This document shows positions 40,411-52,599 of a stretch of DNA of 64,000 nucleotides, in pieces. Source of the DNA: Chlorokybus atmophyticus (Eukaryota > Plantae > Mesostigma and Chlorokybus algae); assembly GCA_009103225.1 (NCBI GenBank), contig RHPI01002119.1, forward strand, positions 372,001 through 436,000, given 5' to 3'. Both the position numbers and the translations under genes were made by a program. How positions within the stretch are numbered: position 1 is the stretch's first letter; each line of letters opens with the position of its first letter. The notes beneath the pieces were generated by a model, which worked only from the letters and a program-made list of their open reading frames with translations, was not told the origin of the DNA and did no database searches.

Positions 40411-41363
40411 ACAGACATTGCAAGCCGGCGCTGATAAATTTTGGGTCCGTTTTACCAAGCAAGCTGTCAGCACGGGTTAGCTGCTAACAGAGGCTAAGGA
40501 CGCCGCTGTTGGGTATCTGTCTTTACAGCTGCATATATGTCATTGAGTAAGGGCTACGCACTCTGTTCTGCATGCACCGTGCTAAGTGCGCGATGTTGCA
40601 GATGCTGCTCTGTCAGATGTGTTGGATTTGGTTGATAGAAACTGGTATACTAGGTTGCACATAAGCTTGTATGCCTATTCCCAACCAATTAGTTGGATAA
40701 TGGGCAATATATTGGTTGGCCAACAATAGTGGTGTATACAAAATGCAGGATACAATTGTGGATGCATAGGATATGCACTAAGGCAGCAGCATATGCACAG
40801 CATGCACATCATGCGCATCATTGATTCAAGTTGACCACCAGGCTACGCAGCTACTCTACTGTGTTCGAGACAGGAGTTGCATCAACACCTCACGCATGGC
40901 ATGGTTAGCTCTGTGATGTTGCCTCATTTGGTTGGTTGCTTTGGGATGATTCTGCTGACGCGCACATTATGTGAGCACATCCCCGTCAAAAGTACGTACA
41001 TGCAGTGCAAAACCGGCGGACCAGGCAACAAGGAGTCTGAGCTGCATCAATGCGTACATCATTGACCATTGACCGCATTGGTAGTTGGCGCACAAAGCAC
41101 ACACGCACAGGACACTACGCCACCATCGGCAGAGCCTCACGTTCTACACAGCAAGCTGCTAAACCGCAGGGTTGGAACAACTATGTACAATGGGTTGGGT
41201 CGCACCTTTCCTGTACATGTACCTTACCACAACCACCATCACAATCCTAAAACAGGTCCATTTACCCCGCTCCAAAAGGAACAAAAGCCACACTACCAGC
41301 ACATCAGCCCGGAGTTTATGGCAGAGAACCCAAGCGCCATCACTCATGCTTCCACTACTGCAC

Positions 41364-41506
41364 TCACTGGGCCCGTCCAGTCTGCTGGGGCTGCTGTGTG
41401 TAGTGAACCTGCTGGGGCCGCTGCTGGGGCTGCTGTGTGTAGTAACCACCCTGCTGAGGCTGCTGCTGGGGCTGCTGTGTCTGCTGCCGCTGCTGAGTGT
41501 AGTAAG

Positions 41507-41541
<35 letters not shown>

Positions 41542-43510
41542 TGCTCGCTGCCAGCTGGCGCCTGGCCCCCAGAGGATCTGTATGGGTCAGTTCTGCCGTG
41601 AGCGAACGGCCCGCGCTGGACCTCCTCACGCCACGCCATGGCGTTCTCCTCGAACGCTCTCGCCACATACTCCATCGCCTGGACGGGGACAGAGTGTGTA
41701 ACCAAAAGCTAAGCACATGCGGCCATACACACATATGTTGCCAACAGTGTCCTTACGCGGGCGATGTTGTCACGAAGGCCGTAGGCAGACTTGAGCAAGT
41801 CCATGACGTCCGAGTGGACGTTCTGCTCCTCGCACTGATACTCCTGCATCACCGACATCGTTTCGTGCTCCAGCCTCCTCGCCTCATCCTGAAACTTGGC
41901 CAGCAGCTCATCTTGCTCCTGATACGCGGATGATGACAACAGTCGGTTGTGTACACATGCACACCCCAACATCATCATCATCTTGCCTGGGGTGAGGCCT
42001 TGGCGAGTGCCTCGCGGTGTCTCTCGTACGCCTTCTCGACGCGGTCGCGTGCGTCGTACTTGCGCGCCTCCTTGTACTCGAGGGCCTCCACGCGCCGCAC
42101 CAGCGCGTCGTACCTGTCAAGCCACTCCTTCACAGGGGCAAGTTGCTCCTCGAGACGCTTCTTCAGACGGTCGGGCATGTCCTTCAGACGAGAGGCATTG
42201 CCCAAAGGCCCTGATCACGAAGTAACAATCAGTGGTGATATGTTGACACACTATACTTCGCACAACACACACGCGTGCTAGTGTGGTGTATCAGTGGCGA
42301 TTTTGATGACACTCTGTTTGCACAACACATGTATAGCGCGCGTTTGCGCATACGCGCATGCTTGTGAGTGCTCTCATGCTCACGCTTACGCTCACACATG
42401 CGCTTGTGCACACAAAAATATTACTCACCGGCGTTTTCCCAGTCTACTTCTTCAAAGCGCAGGATCTTTTTCTCGATGATAGGCTCCTCGATGCGCTCCA
42501 CGTGGGACGGTGCCTGCACCACGACGGGTTCCACCACGCGCTGCTGCTGCGTGACGCCGCCTTCAGGTACCCATCCTGCTGTCGTTCCTGTAGTTGTTGT
42601 TGTGCCTGTTGTTCCCATGGTTGTTGTCGTTGTGCCCGTCATTGGCGTTGTCGTGGTGGCGGTGGTTGGGCTTGTGGTCGATGTGGGTGAGGAGCTCTCG
42701 TGGTGTTTGGAGCCGCTGGTGAGCTTGTCTTTGACTTTGTTCAGGAAGCCCTTCTTGTGGCCTTCACCCTCGCCCGAGCCCTCTTCTGTTGTTGTTCCTC
42801 CGGTGGTCGTGTACGCATGCTGTTGTTGTTGTTGCTGTTGCTGTTGTTGGGTTGTTGTTGTTGTAGTAGTGTAGGGAAAGGCGGTTGTTGTCTGACCCGC
42901 ACCGCCCCCACCCGAAACCACGCCCGTGACGATACCACCCACATCGCGCTCCGCAACATAGCCGCGCTCCACCACCTTCTCCACCGTCTGCATGTAGGTA
43001 AACAGAAACACAATCAAGCCTTTCCAACCACGTCCCACACCCCGACATAACCCCCACATGCGTGCACACAGTCTGCCCCCCGCACGCAGCTTGCGTGTGT
43101 CTCAAACATCAGTCCCAGAGCAGGCAGTACTTTGCACAAAGAGCAGACTGCATGGTGGTGGTGACAGCAACAACAACCACCACTCGCCCCCCTCACCTGC
43201 ACGACGATCTGCGGCTGTATCTCCCTCTCCCTGACCCTGTACCCCATGAGCGTCTCCACCTCCCTCTCTCCTCCCCTCAGCCCCGGCAGTTCCGCCTCCA
43301 GCAGCCGCCTGCTCCCCTCGAAGAAGCGCGTGTCGATGGACGCCAGGTCCGAGTGGGAGGCGCGGGTGCGGACGGCGAAGTCGCGCAACTCCTCCAGGAT
43401 GGCGCGCGTGCGGCGGGCGGGGAAACCGGCGTCGGCGGGGAGGCGAGGGGCCTGTGTGAGAGAGAGTGAGAGAGAGCGAGAGCGAGAGCGAGAGCGAGAG
43501 CGAGAGCGAG

Positions 43511-43548
<38 letters not shown>

Positions 43549-44129
43549 TCATTGTGTGCGCACCTGCACACACACACGCACACAACAGGAGAGGGGGAGA
43601 GGGAGAGGGAGAGGGAGGGAGGGAGGTGTTTCTGCTTGGCTTACTGATAGGGCGAGGAAGCGTCTGCGTTCTATGCGTGGTTGGACGTCCACTGTAGTGA
43701 AGACCTCTTCGTGGATGACAGGGGGCTCCAGCTTCTCCATGTGCTGCGTGTTGGGTACGGGGTGAGTCGAGCGGTACAACACTGTGGGGGGATGTGACGG
43801 CATTGACGTTCACACGCAGCGCGGTCTCATGGCATGCATGCTGGTGTGTACGGAGGTCGTGCATGCACAGGCCTGGCAGGCAGCCATTGCATAGCGCATG
43901 CACACACAAGCAGTAGAGTAACTTACATGCATGCATGCACGGTGCCCAAAAGCAAGGGTAGGTCACAGGTTAGTAACAAACACACACACAATGTCCTATT
44001 GCATAACTCCATGCACACAGAGCGCTGCAGCAACTCAGTGCAACAGCCCCTCCTGACCTCGCCATGGAGGACGCCGGTGATGCCCTTGGTGCCTGGCTCC
44101 ACCTTCACTTCGCACGGGACCCCAGCCAT
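41364..44129 (-). CDS. Paralogue A: unknown helical protein with Thr/Gly-rich insert, dehydrin-like K-segment and Gln-rich tail
   Basis: Spliced exons: MAGVPCEVKVEPGTKGITGVLHGE | HMEKLEPPVIHEEVFTTVDVQPRIERRRFLALS | APRLPADAGFP.. | ..HKKGFLNKVKDKLTSG..EEVDWENA | .. | .. | AMEYVARAFEENAMAWREEV.. Confidence 0.8.
43458..43545. repeat. Compound (GA)n/(GAGAGC)n microsatellite in an intron
   Basis: Read directly. Confidence 0.95.
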
Positions 44130-45694
44130 GGCGCCGGCGACCGCAACAAGGGCGACGATGGCGGCCACAACCTCACCTTGCCACCAGCATTTGTAGCTTG
44201 GTTATGCACGCTCCTTTCCTTTCCAAGCCTCAGCTCTCGCTCCTTTCTCTTGCTGCTGGCAATTGTTGTAACCACGCGTTTGCACCCAAGAGTGATGGCA
44301 CCTCTCAAGCATTGGGTTGCTACGTCAACGCGCTCACTGCAGCCCCTGCTTTACGAGAGATTGACACGAGTTTGAGAGGCTTGTAAGCTAGGAGACCTGC
44401 TGCTTGCAGCAATGACACGTTTGCTCTGGCATTGTCATTCACTTGTCACCGCAGTTGTCATATCTCCTGTGCTGTACTGCACTACAGCAGTACCGCTCTG
44501 TACTGCACTGCTTGCTTGCGCTGTTGTATGCACCATACGGCGTCACCAGTGACTCATGGTGCCGCTGGCGTTCCTTATTGTGGTTGGCACCTCTGTCTCT
44601 CTCTCCGTCACAAGTCCAATGGCTTTGACAAAGAGGAGTCTGTTGCGCTGCGTTAGGGCCATGCATAGAGGACAACAGGTGGTTCTACATGCACGTGATA
44701 AGTGTTGCGACTGCGTGATCAAGGTATTGGCGTACTTCAATCTGGAGTAGGTAAAAGTTCCACGTGCAGTGTGTAAAAAGACTGCAATGCGAACATTACA
44801 GTGTAGCGCTGTGTGCATACCCACAGGGTGTGTTCCTTTGCACCCTGGTTGCATTTATTTGAATTATGAAGCGTAATGCAGGTGCAATTTTCATGTTCAC
44901 TCAGGCCAAAGAGAGTCTACATATTAGTGAACATTAAACATCATGTCATATATCATGTATCACGCATATCCACAACGCGCACAGCATACTCAGCGTACAC
45001 GCACAGCACATGATTCATAGAGCACACAAAAAATGTATACTCGCATCATTAACACACAAGCAACGCATATGTCAGCTGTATCAAGCAAGTTGAAGGGCGC
45101 GCACACATACTGTCAATGTCACAAGTAGACAGTCTGGGTGCAGGTGACAGCCAGGTAGAAGCTACCATCCTTCGCTAGGTCAATCCTCAAGGTTGTTGTT
45201 AGTTCTGTTGGTTGAGGCTCTCAGGCAGCAACATAATATGCCATAATCGGGTATAAGTACACAGTCAGAAAACAAATATCAAGCGCCACACCTGAGTATA
45301 CACAGTATATCATTAATGGCGCAACAGAGAATGTGTGTAACACAACATCCGCAGCTTGCAATATGTCTTACAACATTACATGCTGTGCAGGTGCCAACGC
45401 ATGCATACATTACAGCGCCGGATAGCATGCACGCACACAAACACAATCACCAACACACTGCGAGAATGCGATGGAAAAGGATCTGGAAAAGAAAGAAAAG
45501 ATAGAAAGAAGGAAAGAGGATCTACCTAGCATGCTAGACTTCTGTACAGTTGCGGTTGTACAACAAGCTGCATCTCTAAAACCACTACCGCTTGCATTAA
45601 AAACACCCTCAGCAGCGAGTACCACTTCCATTCAACTATCTCATCTTCGAATACATTTACAGCTACTGATTCTGTACAAGCTCAGTCAGTCCTC

Positions 45695-48166
45695 TCAATA
45701 AGCTGCGGAGGTTGCAGGCTGTCCATATGTGTTGGTGGCAGCCACGGGTGTCTTGGACGGGTATCCGGGTGCGCTGCTGTAGGCAGAGGTAGGCTGCTGC
45801 GACTGCTCCTGCTCCAGGAGGTTATCGTGGACGTAAGGGCCGACGGTACGACCGCCGGAGAAGGGACCGTTGGGAACCTCCTCGCGCCAGGCTAGCGCGT
45901 TCTCCTCGAAGGCCTTGGCAAGGTACTCCATGGCCTGTTGGCAAGAGAGAGATAGTAAGATGCATGACATACTATAAATGCAAGCGCGTATGCAGTCTGT
46001 ATGCGTGCCATAGTACATAGACATTAAGTGGCAATCTCTTACCCTGGCGAGGTTTGCGCGCAGGGAATAGGCGGACTTGAGCAGTGACATAAGCTCAGCG
46101 TGGAGAGCCTCCTCATCGCGCTGGTACTCCTGCATGGCAGCCATGGCCGCACGCTCAAGGGTCTGCGCCTCAGTCTGGTAGGTGGTTGCCAGGGTACCTT
46201 GCTCCTGAGACAACAACCAAACCATGTCACACACTTCACAAACAAAAAAGAGCTGAAAAGTATAGCCTCCAACTCCTCACCTCTACGGATGCGGCGCCCA
46301 AGCTCTCCTTATGCCTTGCATATGCGCGCTCCAGAGACTCGCGCGCCTCATACTTGGCAGACTCCTTGTACTCAAGGGCCTCAATGCGGCCGCGCATGGC
46401 ATCGTAGGTCGCCAGCCATGCACGGATGGGGGCGAGCTGCTCCTGGAGACGCGTGCGGAGACGTGTGTTCATGTCGCGAAGGCGAGAACTGTTGCCAACG
46501 GGACCTGAAAAGGTAATAATATTGTCAGAGTCAAGCAAATGTGGGCTCAAGTAATACAGGTGCCAACATATTTTATAGGTGCAATGTGGATATGCATGTG
46601 CGTGTGTGCAAACGTGCATGTGTGCAAGCGTTGGAAACTCATCTCTCACCTGCTGCTTCCCAGTCGACTTCCTCATAGCGGAGTGCCTGCTTCTGGATGA
46701 TAGGTTCCTCGACCTTCTCCACACGTGCAGGTCCCTGAACAACCACAGGCTCACCAACACGCTGTGCGTTGGCCGCAATAGCTCCAGTTCCAACACTTGT
46801 TGTGACAAAGTCCGACGAGGTTGGTGTGGTCATCCCCATGGTTGGGGTGGACGATCCCAGGATGGGGCTTCCTCCTGTCATCATGTGAGGCTGGCCCGTA
46901 GGCATGCCACCGTGCATGGGTGAGGAAGACTGGAAGCCAGTTGTTGGCGACATGGTTTGGCCAGCAGCGTATGTTGGAGATGTTGTGTCGGAAGATGTGT
47001 CGGTGGAGGACTTGCCAAGGACCTTATCTTTGATCTTGCTGATGATGCCTTGCTTCTTTGGCTGACCCTCGTGATCGTACTCTTCCTGTCCCTCAGTAGG
47101 AGAAGCGTAGCTCATCGGGCTGCTTGACGTTGTATAGGAGGACGTTTGCGTGGTTGTCGCACCGGGAAGACTTGAGCTGAACGCGCCACCCATGGACGAA
47201 GTGGTGATGTTGGTTACAACTCCACCCACCTCTTGCTCAGAGATATACTCCCTCTCGGTAACTTGCTCCACCGTCTGTACGATCGCTTGCGGCTGCACAA
47301 TTCTCTCCCTGACACGGTATCCCAACAGAGTCTCCACCTCAGCTGTCTCCAGTCTCAGGCCGGGCAACTCAGCGCCGAGGAGAGAGGCGGATGCGTCGAA
47401 GATGTTGGTGCCAAAGTTGGTGAGGTACTCGTAGGAAGCGCGGTTGCGCTCGGCAAAGTCACGCAACTCCTCCCAGATGGCGCGGTCGCGCTGGATGGGG
47501 AAACCAGCATCGGCGGGGAGGCGAGGAGCCTAATATGATGAGAGAGCGATGGTTAGTCAATGACTTGGCTGTTAGTTGTGTGCCAACCACTTACTGTGCA
47601 ACACTCCACATTGTGCGTATGTGTGGAACACGGGCAGGTATGGATAGAAAGGGATAGAGAGAGGCTTACCGAGAGGGCGAGGTAGCGGCGGCGTTCAATG
47701 CGGGGTTGGACGTCGACGGTGGTGAAGACCTGTTCCTGCACTATTGTGCGCTCCAGCTTGCCCATGTGCTGCAGATGGTCACACGTCAGGTCAGTAAGGC
47801 AAGACATGGATGCATGTGTGTAGTAAAAGAAATAGCTCGTTTGCATGGGGGAGGTATACTAAGAATCAATGCAAGCCAGATATAACACTTGTCTTGTCAT
47901 CACATTGCGGTCACGGCCCAGGGCATTCACAGTGCATGTGACAGCTGACCACGCACTGAAGACACCAGTCATGCAGACACGTATACACACAGTTGCCTTG
48001 TAGTTGTCACCTCTCCATGGAGCACGCCCTGGAGGCCCCTGTGTCCAGGCTCAAAGGATTGGGCCACTCCAGCAACAGCTGAGCCCAGCCCAGTTCCAGC
48101 CATGCCTTGGGTTATGCCCTGGGTCGTGCCTGTCGTCCCATACGTGGGAGTTGTTGACGTCTGCAT
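45695..48166 (-). CDS. Paralogue B of the same unknown family, with dehydrin-like K-segment
   Basis: MQTSTTPTYGTTG..GLQGVLHGE | HMGKLERTIVQEQVFTTVDVQPRIERRRYLALS | APRLPADAGFP..KKQGIISKIKDKVLG..EEVDWEAA | .. | AMEYLAKAFEENALAWREEV.. Most intron positions are shared with paralogue A. Confidence 0.82.
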
Positions 48167-48789
48167 CCTTTACGAACTCAAGCTCGCACAAAAACAACGA
48201 CACTCTTCCAATGCCACCACAAGCTCACTAGTGCTTGCTTGCTTGCTTGCTCACAAGCTGCTGCTCCGCTGATCAACAAGAGTCCAAAGTCGAAGCTGCA
48301 AGTCGGAAGCTAACGAATACCGACCTATGCAACAAGCAGGCATATATACTGGTGCACTGAACACAGCCCGCTTGCCAGTTACGCTGGACACTGCTCACTT
48401 GCATGCACAGGAGATGGGGCATGCCTCAACAGATACGATTGTCCATGGCCATGGCCATGGCGTATCCGTTGGGATACAGTGTGCTATCCCTCCTCCTTGC
48501 AGAAGCAAGCGTAATCAAGGCGGATTGCCGTATCCGCATCGGACCGAGTGAGGCCAGCTGGCACGCGCTTATGCAGGGGGCGGGTTTGGGACTAGTGTTG
48601 GGGTGTCGTGCTTGCAGTTGTGTGCCCGAGTAGGGCGTGTTTGGGACCGTTATGCGGAGAGTAATCCGGGATCTTGGTTGGGAGAAGGTTTGCTGCTTAC
48701 GTCAGCAGACTGTCGCAATCATGTGCATAGGGAGATCTGTTCTTTGCGTTATGTTTATCCGTTTCGAGATTGTCACATGAAAGAAATGA

Positions 48790-49170
48790 GGCTGCATGAA
48801 TTAGGTCAGTGCCTGTACATTATTGAAGTACGGTTGATGGAAGATCTATTGCATGGCCAAGTCATGGAAGCAAGCATCATGGTAGTGCCATACCCAGATA
48901 TCCACACAAATCAGGGTCACGGTTACACGCCTTTGACCTGATTGTTAACGATCTCTCCAAGCGACTAATGTTTGGACTGGTACAGTGTACTTGCTGGCGC
49001 ATCAAAAGGGCTACTCTAAACACCGCAGCTCGCTCATAGGTACATCTCTTGGACGACAATGCCACCCCCTTCACTCTTGTCAACTTGTCACGCGTCAACA
49101 AGCGCATGCCACTGTGTCGTTTACTTGAAACAGATCTCGAGCGCGCCACGTGTTACCTCTGCTCTGACAC
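48790..49170 (+). mobile_element. Decayed hAT-like transposase fragment
   Basis: RYPHKSGSRLHAFDLIVNDLSK resembles YPH..C.AH.LDL..ED. LLDDNATPFT resembles L.RP.ATRF. An internal stop is present. Confidence 0.35.
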
Positions 49171-49664
49171 CCATCTTCTCAATTGACGTGGCGCGCTACC
49201 CTATGCCGCGTCACATCAAGGCCCGCTGACAGATTCGCCGCGCATAGCAGTCTCAAATTGACTAGCACTCAGTATGCGGCGTCTTGTATGCCGCAGCACC
49301 TGTAGCGGATATCGTCATAAGCTGGCCTATGTTGCGTATATCGACACATGAGGCTTACGTAACGTCAGCTCACGTGACGGTTTGGCTTCCCGATTTACTT
49401 ACTGACCAACCCTTTTTTTGATATCTGCTTTAGCACCATAAAAGACACTGGTAATTTGGTTGGATTTCGACGGGATCCGGTTAACTGTTGAGCAGCAGCC
49501 TGCTATTAGCAGGAGAGTAACTGCGATGTGAGGGGTGGCGTGCAACTGCATGCGGAGTGCGGCGGCGGCGGCGGCGGCGGCGGAGAGACGCTGAAGAAGC
49601 GCCACGTGTTTGAGGAGACAGGCTTCAGAGAGTCTTGTAGGGTAGGGTCCAGTAGCTAGGCACA

Positions 49665-50182
49665 ATGATGGGGGGCTTCAACTCTCAGGAGGACATGGTG
49701 GGTGTACATTTTCTCAGCGACGTGATGCATATGTGTTAGTTACTTGGGTGATTGTTACTCACGCAGTAAGCAACAGGTTACACATGTGTGATTCAAGTCT
49801 CACAACTCCACTTGGCTAGCTTCTTCACATGCATGCAGGTGGCCAGCTTCAAGGCGTTCCTGAAGAGGGAAGAGAACAGAGAGATCGTTGCTGAGCACAC
49901 CCGACAAGGTGCCAACGCATGTGCTTGACTTGTGTTGGAATGATGCTGCACACGTGATGCAAGAGAAGGTCATATCTCCTTGCAGAGGTGGACGAGTGGT
50001 TCAAGTTGGATCGGCAGATCCGCGTGGCGGATTTTGACGAGCGCTTCAAGGCCCTCGACAAACGCACACAAGCGCAACTCATGGTAACGCTCGTGAATGT
50101 GTATAAACGAACGCATGAGCATGCCCCATGAAAACATTGTGTGCACGCACTATCACATGGTTGCCTGCATACACATGCCAGT

Positions 50183-50228
<46 letters not shown>

Positions 50229-52396
50229 TAGACTACACACATGCGTGCACCCACGCACTGGACCACCCACATGCACACATGTTCACACGCACGCCAACGC
50301 GACACAATCTCCGTGCAGCCCTACATGAAGTACAAGTGTCTTCACCCTGTCCTTCTGAGTTTCTGCAACGACAGAGACGCCGACTTCAACAAGTGCGGTT
50401 CCGCATCGCATCGTTGCCCGCGCGGGCCGAGAACGCGACACGTCATTGTTCGTATGTGATGACCACACAGGTGGGCGGAGAACGGGAAGGTGATGGGACT
50501 GCTGGCGACGCTGAAGAGACAGCTGGATGAAGGCAAGGTCACGGTATGAAGGCTGTGCGCACGCGTGTGGGTGGGTGTGGGTGTGGGTGTGGGCACGCAA
50601 ATCTGTGTTGCGCGTGCATGTGTGTATGCTTGCGCGTGTGTCTTGTCCGTCGTATCCATTCTTTCAACTAGACTTGACCTGGCATTGACACACATGCACA
50701 TACGCACAGGAAGAGGAGGTGTTGAGACGGATGCGGGCAATACTGAGCGACCCCACGCAGGAGCACCACCGAGAGTATCTGTTGGTACCCACATGCCAGC
50801 TGCATCTTGGTAGTCATCATCATCGGGACTCCATATCTATGGGTCATGATGTTCACCCCATAGATTGCAGTAGCACGCACTCAACATGAGTTGGTCATGA
50901 TGTTCTCAATAAATCAACTTTGCTGCCAGGAGTCCAGACAGAAGGTGCGCGTGACGACCGAGTACCTCATTCAAGCCCTCAACGAGCAGGTTCTCCGCTT
51001 CATGTGCGCACGTTTGCTTGCGCATGTGCATATATATCGTGTGTGTTCGCTGCTTAGAGTCCCACAAAGTGCATAAAGCACCGCACAGCCTCGTTGCATG
51101 GCTAACCCACTCAAACTGATACATTCTGTCGTACTCTGTTACTGACTCTGATTCCCCCCACCGTTTGTTCACTCGTGACCCGATCGCAGCTTGAGCTGAG
51201 GGCGGCTGGAAACAAGCTGTACGCTGCAAGAAGGTTTGACGAGGCCCTGGAGAAATACATTAAGGTGGGTGGGTGTGAGTTGACATGGCTGGTGAGTGTT
51301 CATGTTGTCGTGCATGCATATGCGTACGTACATGTGTACGTGCAAGCGGGTGTGTATATGCGCATGTGAACGGGCACTAACACTTGCACGTGGATGTGAT
51401 GACCTTCCTGTTGATGCGGGTGGGCGCATACGTTTACTGTTCAATGTGTGTGTGCTTCACCTCAGGCGCTCGTTGTTATGAACTTTGTGGAAGCCGGCAG
51501 CACAATGGAGCAGACAGGTGAGCGTGCGACATCACACCTTGTCATCGTAACAACAACAACAACAACAACGACGACGATGACAACGTGGTCGTATGCTTCC
51601 TGCAGAAGTGGACAACAACAAAGTGATCTGCTTGCTCAACATAGCTGCTGGTACGCACACATGCGAGTATGACACATCTAACTGATCTCTGTCTCATGGT
51701 GTGGTTATGTCCAGTGTCCATATGCATGCACGCTGATATCAGCATGTTCATCACCTTCCCCACCTGCAGTTGGGATCGAGAAGAAAGAGTTTGGCAGCGC
51801 CATATCACACTGCACACAGGTGATGATGACGCAACAACCACAAACATAGTATCACTGTGATGGTAGTATGGAAAAACAACCACACACGGTCAGTCCAAAC
51901 ATAAACAGCCTACTGATGGTTTGAATGCTGGGCTTGTCGTTCAGGCGCTTCAAGTGCAGCCGCACAGCGCGAAGTCTCTCCTGCGCCGGGCCAAAGCGTA
52001 CGTCAGTCGCGGAGACTACAAGGCAAGCAACCACAACAACAATGTTGTGAGTGCATCATGTTGCTGATGAGCGACAGTCACGTGACTGGGGCGTGCTGCA
52101 GGAGGCGCGGGCGGACTTGGAGAAGGTTCTAGAGTTGGACCCTGGCGACTGGACTGCCAAGGAGGAGCTGCAGCGACTGGTATGGTTTTGTTACTGATGG
52201 TTGTTTTCCTGTCGGGTTGGGTTGGGTGATTTTGTGCGTGCATTTGCGTGCATGCGCGTCTGTCCATGCACATGTGCGTGTGCGCGTGTGTGCATATTGT
52301 GATTGCCATGTACTGCAGGGCAAGGCGAGGCAGCAGAGTAAAGGCAGAGACATGCAGCTGTACGCCAACATGCTGCAAGTGTCTTCATCGGAGTAG
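49665..52396 (+). CDS. Three-TPR co-chaperone-like protein (FKBP/Cyp40-type TPR clamp) with an unrecognised N-terminal domain; ~12 exons
   Basis: LRAAGNKLYAARRFDEALEKYIKAL, CLLNIAAVGIEKKEFGSAISHCTQAL, KSLLRRAKAY..DYKEARADLEKVLELDP, MQLYANM. The exon phases I checked are consistent. Confidence 0.82.
50185..50226. repeat. (AC)21 microsatellite in an intron
   Basis: Read directly. Confidence 0.95.
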
Positions 52397-52599
52397 CTGC
52401 GTACATGCATATAGGTGATGGAGTAGTCAATATGACAGTTGCCACTAATACTAGCAGCTGAGACAACCCAAATACGTTGTCATTGTGGTCACATGAATGA
52501 CATTGAGCCGATACAGCTCATGACGTGCTGTTTATTCAAGTAGTGGATGCAGCAACTCAAATGGCCAACTCTTGCACCTGGATGAAATACCTGCGGTGG

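Noticed and set aside
41172-43583. Long plus-strand ORFs such as 41172-41933 and 42368-42874
   Set aside because: They are antisense shadows of the low-complexity codon runs in paralogue A.
48428-48472. Short hairpin around CCATGG repeats
   Set aside because: An 11-bp imperfect stem driven by palindromic hexamers, with no further support.
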